Assembly (NCBI GenBank): GCA_965223545.1
Contig: OZ245006.1
Location: 576,001 to 640,000, forward strand
Length of the DNA stretch: 64,000 nucleotides
Direction: 5' to 3'
From: Planctomycetota bacterium
GTDB taxonomy: Bacteria > Planctomycetota > UBA1135 > UBA2386
The notes beneath the pieces were generated by a model, which worked only from the letters and a program-made list of their open reading frames with translations, was not told the origin of the DNA and ran no database searches. Each line of letters opens with the position of its first letter. Position 1 is the stretch's first letter. Position numbers and translations under genes: made by a program. Of the stretch, positions 1-9,968 are shown piece after piece.

Positions 1-773
1 CAGTTGTACTTGCAGCCGCGGCTGAACTCGATCGCGTAGACCGTGTCGCGTGAGCGCGGGTACAGCGACCAGTCCGGGATCGGGATCGCCTCGTCATCGC
101 GGATGCGGTAGGCCGCGTCGGTGCGGCCGACGCGCGCCAGGGCGCGTGACGCGGTCCCGTAGGTCACGCTGCCGTCGGGTTGCCGGATCGCCAAGCCGGG
201 GATCGACGCCGGGTCACTGCCGGAATCGAGGGCCGCGAGCAGTTGAACGAGAGGGCGCTCGCCGGAGCCGAAGATGGCGTAGTCGACGAGCCCATGCAGC
301 GACTCCCGGCGCCGCACCGTGGGGCCGCCCAGCACGATCGGCGTGTCGGGCGCGAGCCTGCGGATGAGCTCCACCGCCTCGATCACCTCGCGTTCGGAGA
401 GCAAGAACGTCGTGGTCAGCCCGATCAACCCCGGCCGGCGCTCGGCGACCAACCACTCCACGCGCGCACGGCGGTGCGAGTAGCGACCGACGTTGTCGAC
501 GATGGCCACCTCGTAGCCGGCATCGCGAGCGACCGTCGCCAGGTCGCACAAGGCCAGGGACGGCCGGTGCGGCAAGCGCAACACGTCGCCCCGGGAGCGG
601 AAGCGCGACCAGAGGTCGGGGTCTTCCACGCCCAGCTCGGCCGTCGCGGCGGCTCGCTCGGTCTCGTCGAACGTCGGCCAGACCTTGGCCATGCGGAAGC
701 GCTGGTTGAGGTACTCGTCGTCGGCGAACGACAGCGACTCCTCGGCGAGCAGGAGCAGGTCGAGGCGGCTCAC
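1..773 (-). CDS. B12-binding-domain radical SAM protein (3' part outside window)
   Basis: Not in the ORF track because it runs off the edge. Manual translation from GTG 773: MSRLDLLLLAEE...PSLALCDLATVARDAGYEVAIVD...GLIGLTTT...PIVLGGPT...GSGE...IPGLA...PDWSLY...IEFSRGCKYN(C), i.e. a cobalamin-binding domain followed by the start of the CxxxCxxC motif. Confidence 0.85.
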   Translation of the reverse strand, partial: MSRLDLLLLAEESLSFADDEYLNQRFRMAKVWPTFDETERAAATAELGVEDPDLWSRFRSRGDVLRLPHRPSLALCDLATVARDAGYEVAIVDNVGRYSHRRARVEWLVAERRPGLIGLTTTFLLSEREVIEAVELIRRLAPDTPIVLGGPTVRRRESLHGLVDYAIFGSGERPLVQLLAALDSGSDPASIPGLAIRQPDGSVTYGTASRALARVGRTDAAYRIRDDEAIPIPDWSLYPRSRDTVYAIEFSRGCKYN

Positions 774-961
774 GGAAAGGCCCAATCCCTTCGAAAGAGG
801 ACGATCGACGATATTGTAGCCCTTGGGTTGCGCGACGCCTGCCGCCCCCCGCTCCGGGCGACGAGCCCGGGAGAAACGCGGTGGCGACTCGCCCGACACG
901 ATCGCCATCTCGGCGGAGCCCGATCGGCGGCTCACCCCGTAGCCGGAGACGTGGAACGAGC

Positions 962-1163
962 CTCAGCGCGGCCGGGGCCGCAACCAAACTCGGATGCCGC
1001 TCTTGCCGGAGCGGGTTGGAAGTTCTGACACATCCGTCGCCGCGCTGAGCGCAGACGCCAGTGTTGTTTCGGAGCGTCCGGGAGTTGCGGTATCGAAGTC
1101 CTGACGACAGCGGGCCTTCGGCAATGTTGTCGCCGCTCGAAGACTCTCGGCCCCGGACGCTCA
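962..1163 (+). repeat. ~200-bp palindromic repeat, copy R1 (diverged subtype)
   Basis: ctcagcgcggccggggccgcaaccaaa...cgcgctgagc...gtgttg...tcgaag...gttgtcgccgc.cgaaga.tctcggccccggacgctca, shared with copies at 21546, 35109, 35310, 38321/39911 and 61925; CTCA at both ends. Confidence 0.9.
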
Positions 1164-2840
1164 CTGGTGTAGTGGGCGATTCGACTCGGCCTCTTCCGAC
1201 CCGCGCACGAGAATCGCAGCCCGCTGCCCCAGCAGATTGCCGACCTCCTGCTCCTCGTCGACGATGGCGCTGGCGCCGGCAGGTTCCAGAAGCTCGATGT
1301 GCATGTGGTAGCGGGATCGCACGACCACGGGAACGTCCGGGGCCTGGCACCGGATCGCCCGCACTACTCTCTCCGCGATCCAGGGGTCGGGCAGCGCCAC
1401 CACGACAACAGAGGCCGAGGCCACATGCAGGTGCTCGAGGACATCCGGATGCGCGCCGTCGCCGACGTGCGCATCAAAACCGTCGGTCCTCGCTTTCGCG
1501 GCAAGGTTGGGATTCAGGTCCAGGATCGAGATCGCAAGAGCGGCTTCGCGGAGCGCCAGCGCACACTTCTGTCCCGCCGGGCCATAGCCGATGAGAACCA
1601 CGTGACCCGAGGACAGTTGTCGCTGTGTCTCCGGCTCGGACGGGTTCAGCCTCACGATTCCGAGCCTGGCGAGTCGCTCTAGAATCCCATTCGCCAATTG
1701 CGGTGCCCCGGCGATCAAGTACGGGGTGACACAGAGAGTCACCATCATGGTCGACACGATCACCATGAAGAGCTCATCGTCGACGAGCGTCCCGCGCGAC
1801 GTCTCGGCGATCACGAAGGCGAACTCCCCTACCTGGGAGAGGCACAGGCCCGCGGCCAGCGATGACCTTGCACTCTGCCCCATGCAGAGAAGGGCGGCAA
1901 AGCAGACCAGTGCCTTGACGATGAGTACACCTGCCGCGACCGCGGCCGTGAGGCCGATGTTCGCACCGATCCACGCCGGGTCGGCAAGCATCCCAATCGA
2001 GCTGAAGAACACCGTCACGAGAAGGGTCCGCAGCACGGACAGGTCGGCTCGCACCTGAGTCGCGAATGGGGACTCGCCGAGAAGCATGCCCGCAATGAAC
2101 GCGCCGATGGCGGGAGACAACCCGAGCTCGTGCGCCGTGTAGATCGCACACAGAGCGCCTACCACCGCGAAGAGAACCGGCAGTTCGCGGTTCTTGAGCG
2201 AGGCGGTCGCGAGAAGAACGCGCGGCACGACGTGGTTGAAGGCCACGTAGAAGGCAGCGACCATCAGCAGAAGCATGACCGCCGTTCGGCCGAGCCCCCA
2301 GAACGCTGACAAGTCAGAACTGGGAGCGCCGAGAAAACTCGTGAGCAGGACGAGCGGAATGACGGCGAGATCTTGAAACAAGAGGATGCCGAGCGCGTGC
2401 CGTCCGTGCACGCTGTCCAGCTCGGAACGAGCCATCAGGACGCGCAAGACACCAGCAGTGCTGCTGAGCGCGAACGCGGATCCGATGACCACTGCCGTCG
2501 GGCCGGGAACGCCCACGGACGCTGCCACCAAGCCGATTGCGCCGAGCGTCAGGCCAACTTGGAGCGCACCGCCGCCGAGTGCCGTCGAACCCAGCGCCCG
2601 GAGCCGGCGCCACGAGAACTCAAGCCCGAGCGAGAAGAGGAGCAGGCACACGCCGACCTCGGCGAGCCCATCGACCTCCTTGCTCGATGAGATGACGTCG
2701 AGCGCATTCGGTCCGAGGAGCATCCCCGCAAGCAGGTAGCCCAGGAGGGCACTCTGTCGGAGACGTTCGCAGAGAGCGCCGAAGACGAAGGCGACGCCGA
2801 GAAGCACGCCCACGTCGAACAGGATCGGCCACAAGTCCAT
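1161..2840 (-). CDS. CPA2-family cation:proton antiporter with C-terminal TrkA-N/RCK domain (Kef-like)
   Basis: Many hydrophobic helices, ALSSTA, GILLFQDLA, LSQVGEFAFV; C-terminal HVVLIGYGPAG...GDGAHPDVL. Confidence 0.9.
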   Translation of the reverse strand: MDLWPILFDVGVLLGVAFVFGALCERLRQSALLGYLLAGMLLGPNALDVISSSKEVDGLAEVGVCLLLFSLGLEFSWRRLRALGSTALGGGALQVGLTLGAIGLVAASVGVPGPTAVVIGSAFALSSTAGVLRVLMARSELDSVHGRHALGILLFQDLAVIPLVLLTSFLGAPSSDLSAFWGLGRTAVMLLLMVAAFYVAFNHVVPRVLLATASLKNRELPVLFAVVGALCAIYTAHELGLSPAIGAFIAGMLLGESPFATQVRADLSVLRTLLVTVFFSSIGMLADPAWIGANIGLTAAVAAGVLIVKALVCFAALLCMGQSARSSLAAGLCLSQVGEFAFVIAETSRGTLVDDELFMVIVSTMMVTLCVTPYLIAGAPQLANGILERLARLGIVRLNPSEPETQRQLSSGHVVLIGYGPAGQKCALALREAALAISILDLNPNLAAKARTDGFDAHVGDGAHPDVLEHLHVASASVVVVALPDPWIAERVVRAIRCQAPDVPVVVRSRYHMHIELLEPAGASAIVDEEQEVGNLLGQRAAILVRGSEEAESNRPLHQ

Positions 2841-2944
2841 CGAACGAAGTTATCATGCACCTTGGCGCGAATCCGCTGCGCGGTGGGCACTGTCGGACGG
2901 TGCTCGCGAGGGGGTGGCGATCGCCGAACGCTCCTGATCCGCAG

Positions 2945-5419
2945 TCAACGCTCGCGAAACGCAGCGAAGGCGCGGCGATGCCGCGCAAGCTCGCGGTCAC
3001 TCGACGCATCCACGGGCAGGGCCGAGAGCTCTTGTGCCACCTCCGTTCCGCGCGGGCCGTCGCCGTGCGCGTCCAAGGCGAGACCCAGCAGCTGCAGCAG
3101 CTTGCGTTGCATACCCAGGTAGCGCACGTCGCTGGGATAGGCCGCCAACGCCGCACCGTTGCTGCGCGCCCCGGCTTCGACGACGTCGATCAGCTCGTCG
3201 AGCTCCGCCGCGCCGCCGGCGAGCTGACCGACGAGCGCGGAGCCCAGCTCGTACGCCGCCTGGCCTCGCTTGTGCGCGGACTCGAGCACGTGCGGGAACT
3301 CGGTCAGCAGCTGCTCGAACGCGACGATCGCCTGGCGCAGCCGCACGATTCCGCGCGTCACCTCGCCCGCGGCCAGCTCGAGCTTGCCGGCGAGCAGGTG
3401 TCCGTCGGCGACGATCTCGGCGCCTTGCCTGCGCTCCGGGTGCGCCTCCGCCGCGCCGTGCCCGAGCCCGATCGCCTCTTCGACCAACGGCAGGGCTGAT
3501 TCGAATGAACCGGCGCGGGCGTGGAACAAGGCGCGCGTGGTGAGCGCCTTGGCGAGAGTCGGGGCGTTCTCGGGACCCTCCGGCCAACGCTCGACCAACT
3601 CGCGCGCCAGCGCCAAGGCGCCGTCGACGTTGGCGACCGCGTCGCGCATCGCACCATCCGGACCGAGCACGAGCTCGCCGAACTGCATGCGTTGCTCGGC
3701 AAGCCAACGCAGGTGCAGAGGCTCCTGCGGCTGCGCGACCCGCAACGCCACGAGCTCCATCTCGGCGCGGTGGAACCACCGCGCCGCCTCCTCGCGCCGG
3801 CCGGCCAACGCATGCAGAGGGTGCAACATGCAGCAGACCTTCGCATAGGAGGAGGCGAGATCCGGCTCCGCGTCGGCGGACCGCCGCAGCTGCTCGAGTG
3901 CGGTTGCGGCTTCTTCCAACTGCTCCCGCGCCTCGCCAATTCGGCCAATGGTAAACAGGCCCTGGCCGAACTCGACCTGACGGCGGGCAACGCGGACCTG
4001 CAGATCGCGGCTGTCCGGCCGGCGCGCCAGCAGCCGTTGCAACGCCTCCAGCGCATCGCCGCGGAAGCCGACCTCGATCTCGGTCGCGCGCGGCACGTTC
4101 GCCAAGTGCACCTCCGAGCCGCGCACCAACAACTGATCGACGGTATCGAGCGCATCGGCGAGATCCCGATGCGCCAGAAGGGTCTGCTGCCGCGCCTCGC
4201 GGAGACCGAGCCCCACGCCGACCAAAGCCATGGTCAGGCCCAGCAAGAGCGCGAAGCCGAGCGCGAAGCCGACGCGGTGCCGGCGGACGGCCTTGCAGAC
4301 CGCGTAGACCTTGCTCGGCGGAGCGGCGACCACCGGATCGCCGCGCAGGTGGCGGCGCAGGTCGTCGCCAAGCTCGGCGACCGAGCCGTAGCGCCGGTCC
4401 GGCTCCGGCGCGAGCGCGCGCAGCGCGATCCAATCGAGCTCGCCGTGCAGCCGGCGGCGCAGCAAATCGACCGTCGCGCGCCGACTCCGCGCGACTGCGG
4501 CGCCCGCGCCGGCGAGGCCGTGCACGCGCGCACTCGGCGACGGAGGCCCGGCGGCGTCGCGCAACGGCGTGGCGCAGTCGGCAGGCAGCTGGCCGGTGAA
4601 CAACTCGTAGAGCACGACGCCCAACGAGTACACGTCGCTCCGCGTGTCGATGCCGGCCGCACCTTGCCCGGCCTGCTCGGGGCTCATGTACGCCGGTGTG
4701 CCGATGATCTCGCCGACCTCCGTATGCACTGCCCTCTGTTGCGCGCTGTCGTCGACCGCCTTGGCCACGCCGAAGTCGATCACCACGGGAACCGCCGTGC
4801 CGTCCCGCTCCCCCACGAGGATGTTCGACGGCTTGAGATCGCGGTGGATCAGGCCGCGCCGGTGCGCGTGCTGCACGGCATCGCAGACCGGCAGGAGCAG
4901 CTCGATGCGCCGCTCGATGCTCAGCTGGTGCGCGTCGGCGTAGACGGTGATCGGCTCGCCTTCGACCAACTCCATCGCGAAGAACGGACGACCGTCGGGA
5001 ACGATCCCCGCGTCGAAGATCGTGGCAACGTGCGGATGGCTCAAGCGGGCGAGCGCCTCTCGCTCGGACTCGAAACGGGCCAGCAGACCCTCGGTGTCCA
5101 TCCCCCGCTTGATCAACTTCAGCGCGACGCGCCGCTGCACCGGCCGCTGCTGCTCGGCGAGCCACACCGTGCCCATGCCCCCGGTGCCGAGCCGTTCGAG
5201 GATGCGATACGGGCCAAACGACTCGAGCGTGTCGAGCGGTCCATCGGCGCCGACCAACCCGATGCCGCGCAGCCGCTCGAGCCGCTCGCGCACGGCCTCG
5301 GCGAGCTGCGGCTCGTCGGCGCAGACCACGGACACCGGATCCGGAGCGCCGCGCTCGAGCTCTTCGACGCACTGCGCCACGAGCCGTTGGATTCGGTCTG
5401 CTGATGGCGATCCGGCCAT
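2945..5419 (-). CDS. Hanks-type Ser/Thr kinase with TM segment and TPR-like helical C-terminus
   Basis: LGTGGMGTV, VALKLIK, HRDLKPSN, IDFG, GTPAYMSPEQ, SDVYSLG; start chosen at MAGSPS. Confidence 0.92.
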   Translation of the reverse strand: MAGSPSADRIQRLVAQCVEELERGAPDPVSVVCADEPQLAEAVRERLERLRGIGLVGADGPLDTLESFGPYRILERLGTGGMGTVWLAEQQRPVQRRVALKLIKRGMDTEGLLARFESEREALARLSHPHVATIFDAGIVPDGRPFFAMELVEGEPITVYADAHQLSIERRIELLLPVCDAVQHAHRRGLIHRDLKPSNILVGERDGTAVPVVIDFGVAKAVDDSAQQRAVHTEVGEIIGTPAYMSPEQAGQGAAGIDTRSDVYSLGVVLYELFTGQLPADCATPLRDAAGPPSPSARVHGLAGAGAAVARSRRATVDLLRRRLHGELDWIALRALAPEPDRRYGSVAELGDDLRRHLRGDPVVAAPPSKVYAVCKAVRRHRVGFALGFALLLGLTMALVGVGLGLREARQQTLLAHRDLADALDTVDQLLVRGSEVHLANVPRATEIEVGFRGDALEALQRLLARRPDSRDLQVRVARRQVEFGQGLFTIGRIGEAREQLEEAATALEQLRRSADAEPDLASSYAKVCCMLHPLHALAGRREEAARWFHRAEMELVALRVAQPQEPLHLRWLAEQRMQFGELVLGPDGAMRDAVANVDGALALARELVERWPEGPENAPTLAKALTTRALFHARAGSFESALPLVEEAIGLGHGAAEAHPERRQGAEIVADGHLLAGKLELAAGEVTRGIVRLRQAIVAFEQLLTEFPHVLESAHKRGQAAYELGSALVGQLAGGAAELDELIDVVEAGARSNGAALAAYPSDVRYLGMQRKLLQLLGLALDAHGDGPRGTEVAQELSALPVDASSDRELARHRRAFAAFRER

Positions 5420-5899
5420 GGTCGGGTGGCGACGACTTGGCGTCGCCCAGCCCATTGTGCCGCCACGAGAGCTCCCGCACGAGCCTCCCTACGGGCGGGG
5501 GGACGAGCTCGGATTCCGTGAATCCGCGAACATCGCCCCGCGGCGTGTCGCTCTTCCCTCTTGGCAACCACCGGCACGTGCCCGGAGTCACCGCATGCTA
5601 CGCAGTTCCATTCGCTCTCGTGCTTGCCGTCCGCGCGTGCCGGACAACTCCGACCCAGCTGTTCTCGGCCACCCCCGTGTCGTCGACGCCGGTGATCGCC
5701 GACGTCGCCTACGACGCGACGCATGACGTCTACCGGGTCGCCTGGCAAGAGGGCGGGTCCGGCCGAATCCCGAGCGCCAGGCGGAGATTGCCGATCGCAT
5801 GAACCGGAGCGCAGGCTCGGTCCGCAACCCTGCCAGCCGCGCCAGCCTGGCCCTGCTGGCACGGCTGGAGGGCGGCGCGTGAGCCGCCCCCCGTCCAGC

Positions 5900-7462
5900 T
5901 CACTGGATCGTGAACTGAACGCTCGGGCTGAACTTCTTCACCTGGAAGTTGTAGCTCGGGTTGAGGGTGATGCCGGCGGTTGCCAGGTTGATGCCGACCA
6001 GGGCCGGCACGTTCGGGATGAACAGGCTGGCGACGCCGGTTTCGTTCGCTGGCAACGTGCCGATGTTGCCGGGGATCACGCCGGGGATCGCCGAGGTCGC
6101 CAGGATGTTGTCGTTCCGCAGCGCGATCTGGCGGGCGCCGATCACGATCGGCGGCGAGACGCCACCGGACACGGCGATCCAGTAGCCATCGCCCGCATCG
6201 CCCGGACTGTTGTACGAGAGCGTCGTGGTGGTGCCGATCTGGCCGGTGCCCTGCAGAGTGAGCGACGACGGCTGCACCCCGATCGGGGTCAGCTCGAAGT
6301 CGACCACGATCGTGCTGTTGTAGGACGGCGTGCTCACCGTGCGCGTCGCGGTCTGGTAGCCGGGCGCGCTGCACTGCAGCGTGTAGTTCTGGTTCTGCGG
6401 CAGGAACGTCACGTAGCGACCGTCGCGCGGGCGGCTCTCCGCGTACTCGCCGTGGTTGAAGATGCTCTGCGTCACGGTGATCCGCGCCTCGAGCGGCTGC
6501 CCGGTGATCGACTGCACCTTGCCGCGGATCGACGGGGCCCAGGTGGTGAGCACGCGCCGCAGGCCGGGCCAAACGCGCGCCTCCTCATTCACCGTGCTGT
6601 TCCATGTGGGCTGGAACGACCCACCGACCTCGACCAACAAGCCCATCGCGCCCCCCTGACCCCAGTGGTTGGTCGGCGCCTCTCCGGAGGCGGACATGGT
6701 GCGCGTGGCGTAGTTCATCGGGTTGCGCAGGTTGTTGATGAAGAAGTTCGTCATGTTGCGCACTGGCGAAGACAGCGTCAGGCAAGACGGTCCCATCGAC
6801 AGCACCTCGCGGCCAAAGCTGTGGAAGTCGATGTACACGTCCGGCCGCACGAAGCGCATCAGCGCGAGCATGCACTTCGTCTCCGGCTCGCTGCCGGCGG
6901 AGGGGCCGCGGTAGGTGTCCGAGCTGGTCCTGGTCGACGCACCGCAGCGCCCCCACAGGAACGGGAAGTTGCGGTTCAGGTCGACACCGAAGGTGCCGTT
7001 GCCGTTGTTGCGCCGGTTCTTGCGCCAGCTGTTGTTGGTCGACCAGCAGTAGTCGACCCCGTCGGGGTTGGCGCACGGCACGAAGTACAGCTCGTTGTTG
7101 TCCACGGCCGCCGTCAACGCCGGGTCCACGCCGTAGGCACTCGCCACGCGGCGCATCGCGCCGACGACCATGTGCGGCGCGTTGAACTCGCGCGCGTGGT
7201 GCTGCGCGGCGAACACCATCGCCGGCTCCTCCTCCTCGACGGCGACGTTGTCGGACAGCTTCAGCGCCCAGAGACGGTTGCCGTTGTGAGTGAGCGTGCC
7301 GCCCGGCAGCTTGGTCAGGTCGACCTTCTTCGCGATCGCCGGATTGCTGGTGACGATGGCATCGATCTCCTGCTCGATCTCCGCCGACGTGTAGTAGTTG
7401 GTGCTCTGGCACGGCAGAGCTGCTGCAATCACGAGGAGAGTCGGGATGGCTTGTGTGCGCAT
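5900..7462 (-). CDS. Secreted M14 zinc carboxypeptidase with beta-sandwich and C-terminal domains
   Basis: Signal peptide MRTQAIPTLLVIAAALPC-Q; HARE, NPDG, RKNR, GVDLNRNF, SEPET, DFHS motifs. Confidence 0.9.
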   Translation of the reverse strand: MRTQAIPTLLVIAAALPCQSTNYYTSAEIEQEIDAIVTSNPAIAKKVDLTKLPGGTLTHNGNRLWALKLSDNVAVEEEEPAMVFAAQHHAREFNAPHMVVGAMRRVASAYGVDPALTAAVDNNELYFVPCANPDGVDYCWSTNNSWRKNRRNNGNGTFGVDLNRNFPFLWGRCGASTRTSSDTYRGPSAGSEPETKCMLALMRFVRPDVYIDFHSFGREVLSMGPSCLTLSSPVRNMTNFFINNLRNPMNYATRTMSASGEAPTNHWGQGGAMGLLVEVGGSFQPTWNSTVNEEARVWPGLRRVLTTWAPSIRGKVQSITGQPLEARITVTQSIFNHGEYAESRPRDGRYVTFLPQNQNYTLQCSAPGYQTATRTVSTPSYNSTIVVDFELTPIGVQPSSLTLQGTGQIGTTTTLSYNSPGDAGDGYWIAVSGGVSPPIVIGARQIALRNDNILATSAIPGVIPGNIGTLPANETGVASLFIPNVPALVGINLATAGITLNPSYNFQVKKFSPSVQFTIQ

Positions 7463-7574
7463 GGTTGCTTCGAGGATCCGCAGAGGAGGGCAGGCGCGTG
7501 GATTGTGGCCGCTGGGAGAGCCGCAGGAAAGCCCTTGGCTTGTCTCTCCACGCAAAGGGTTGGAGAAACCCTGA

Positions 7575-9923
7575 CTACCGGAGCAAGAAGGCCCGCTCCT
7601 CTTCCGGCAACAGCGCCCGCGGTCGAAGCCGCTGCGAAAACGCCACGGCATCGAGCGGCCACCACGCCAACTCGCCGTCGGAGGTCGCGGTCACGACGGT
7701 GCGTCGTGCCGGGTCCACGGCCGCGCTCGCCAACTCGAAGCCGACATCGGTGCGGATTATCTCCAACCCCGCGCCAACCGAAACCACCCGCACGACCCCA
7801 TCTGCGGCGCCGCACAGCACCGTGCTGCCGTCGTCGAGCAACGCCAGAGCGTTGACGGACTGTCGGGTGGCGCTCGCCAAGCGGCATCGCTCCTCGCCGG
7901 TCTTGCTGTCCCATACGGCGACATCGCCGCGGATCGAGCCAGCCGCGATCACACCGCCGCTCGCCGCCAGCGCGACGGCAGCGCCGCCGAGATCGAGCTC
8001 GAGGACGGGCATCCCTCCGGTCGCCGCCTCGTACAACCGCACTCCCCCGTCGAGGCTCGCAATCGCCACCCGGGTTCCCGCGTCGATGAACATCCCAACC
8101 GTGAGCCGCTCGCGATGCCCGCGGTAGCTGGCGAGCCGCTCTCCATCCGACGCGCCAAAGAGGTAGGCGTCGGCGCCGGCGGTGGTGACCAAGACGCTCG
8201 ATCCGCTGGGGTGGAAGGCCGCGTCGACCACGCCGCCGGGGGCTCGCCAATGCGCGACGCGTGCTCCGGTCGCCGGATCCCAGACGCAGAGGACACCGTC
8301 CAGCGAGCCGGTCACCACTCGATCTCCGGCAGCGGAGAACGCCGCCACGCCGATCGCCACGCGGTGCGCTCCGGTCAGCGCGATGCGCCGCGGCGAACCT
8401 CGAAGCCCGCTCCACACCGCCGCGCCGCCGCGCTCGTCGCCGACGACCACGCGGCCCGAACCGTCAGTCGCGACTCCCACCGCGGTCGGCGGCGCCGCGT
8501 CCCCGTCGCTTGCCAACACGCGCCACGAGTCGAACCCATGCGCGCTCTGCAGCGCCGTGTGCAGCTGGCCGTCGCCGTCCACCGCCGCCACCCGTCCCGT
8601 GGATTCGTCGACCGCCACCACCACCGCCGGCGTCAACCCCGAGGGCACCAGTGAGTGCGTCCGCAGCGCTTTGCCTGGGTGACGCCGCCAGCTGCGCACG
8701 GTGCCGTCGCGGCCGGCCGAGGCGAGGCGTTCCCCGCCGATGAACCAGGCGAGTCCGCTGGCATAGCCGCGGTGGCCGAGGAGCACGGCTCGCCGCGCAC
8801 CGTCGAAGTCGACCAGTTCGACCTCCCCGTCCGCTCTTGCCAGCGCCACGATTGGCTCTTGCGGGGCGAGCGACGCGCTCAAGGCCGAGCCGAGCCGCAC
8901 GACCCGATCCGGCTCCGTCGTGGACTGGAGCGTGTACACGCGGCCGAACTGACCGCGCACGCCGACGAGCAGCCGGCGTCGGTCTCGTGCGAACTCGAGC
9001 TGCTGCACCGGCGCGGACGCGCGCAGCTGCAAGAGCCGGTCGCCATCGCGCACCGACCAGACCAGGATCTCACCGTCCTCGGCCCCCGTCGCGAGCCACG
9101 TTCCATCCGCGGAGAACACCGCCGCGGTGATCCCGCGCTCGTGCCCAACCAGCTCGTGCACGAGCCGGCCGTCGACGTCGGTCAAGCGCGCCGTGCGATC
9201 CGCCGAGTACGACAGCAGCCGCATCCCGTCGGGAGCGAAGCACACCCCGTGGACGGGCCCCGCATGGCCATCGATCTCCTCGTGCTCGCTGCCGTCGGCG
9301 GCGCTCCACACGCCAACCCCACCGCCGCGCAAGGGCGCGGCGACCCACTGTCCATCGATGCTGAACACCGGCCGGCCGCCACCCACGAGCGTCGCGAGCC
9401 GCCGGCTCGCCTGGACATCCCAAAGCTGCGCGCCGGTCCACCCGTCCGCCGACTGCGTCAGCAGCCGCGACCCGGCGCGACCGAACGCGAGGTGCTGCAG
9501 CCGCCCGCCTGGCTCGAGCGTCCACACCGGCGCGCCATCCGCGCCAAACAGGTTGACGACTCCATCCTCGCCGCCGCTCGCGCACGCCCCGTCCGCCGCG
9601 AACGCGACGCAGGTCGCGCCGCCTTCGTGCCGACCGAGCACGGCGACCTCGTGCAACGCGTCGGCGATGCGCAGCAAGGCGTGGTGGACGCGAGGCTGCA
9701 CCGCACTCAAGTCCGATTGGGCGGCGACGCGGCGGGCGGCCGCCAGCGCGACCGACAGCGCTTGACCCGGATCGTGCTCGGCGGCGAGCTGCGCCTCGGC
9801 CAGCAGGCGGCGCACGTCCAGGAGAGCCGGGTCTGGCTGTGCACGGACGGGCTCCGCGGCAGCCAGCATGCAAGCGAACAGCGCGGGCCAAGCGGTCGAC
9901 GGTACGGGCGGACGAGCGAGCAT
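7575..9923 (-). CDS. Secreted WD40-repeat beta-propeller protein
   Basis: Repeated GH...FS.DG..L.S.S.D.T..W units; signal peptide ending VRA-Q. Confidence 0.85.
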   Translation of the reverse strand: MLARPPVPSTAWPALFACMLAAAEPVRAQPDPALLDVRRLLAEAQLAAEHDPGQALSVALAAARRVAAQSDLSAVQPRVHHALLRIADALHEVAVLGRHEGGATCVAFAADGACASGGEDGVVNLFGADGAPVWTLEPGGRLQHLAFGRAGSRLLTQSADGWTGAQLWDVQASRRLATLVGGGRPVFSIDGQWVAAPLRGGGVGVWSAADGSEHEEIDGHAGPVHGVCFAPDGMRLLSYSADRTARLTDVDGRLVHELVGHERGITAAVFSADGTWLATGAEDGEILVWSVRDGDRLLQLRASAPVQQLEFARDRRRLLVGVRGQFGRVYTLQSTTEPDRVVRLGSALSASLAPQEPIVALARADGEVELVDFDGARRAVLLGHRGYASGLAWFIGGERLASAGRDGTVRSWRRHPGKALRTHSLVPSGLTPAVVVAVDESTGRVAAVDGDGQLHTALQSAHGFDSWRVLASDGDAAPPTAVGVATDGSGRVVVGDERGGAAVWSGLRGSPRRIALTGAHRVAIGVAAFSAAGDRVVTGSLDGVLCVWDPATGARVAHWRAPGGVVDAAFHPSGSSVLVTTAGADAYLFGASDGERLASYRGHRERLTVGMFIDAGTRVAIASLDGGVRLYEAATGGMPVLELDLGGAAVALAASGGVIAAGSIRGDVAVWDSKTGEERCRLASATRQSVNALALLDDGSTVLCGAADGVVRVVSVGAGLEIIRTDVGFELASAAVDPARRTVVTATSDGELAWWPLDAVAFSQRLRPRALLPEEERAFLLR

Positions 9924-9968
9924 GTCGCGATGCTACCGGGGCGCATGCGCGATCGGCGTCGCGCCTCG

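Noticed and set aside
774..960. Cobalamin riboswitch upstream of the B12 radical SAM gene
   Set aside because: GC hairpins are present but I could not find the conserved B12-box or GCCACTG-type motifs. An Rfam scan would settle it.
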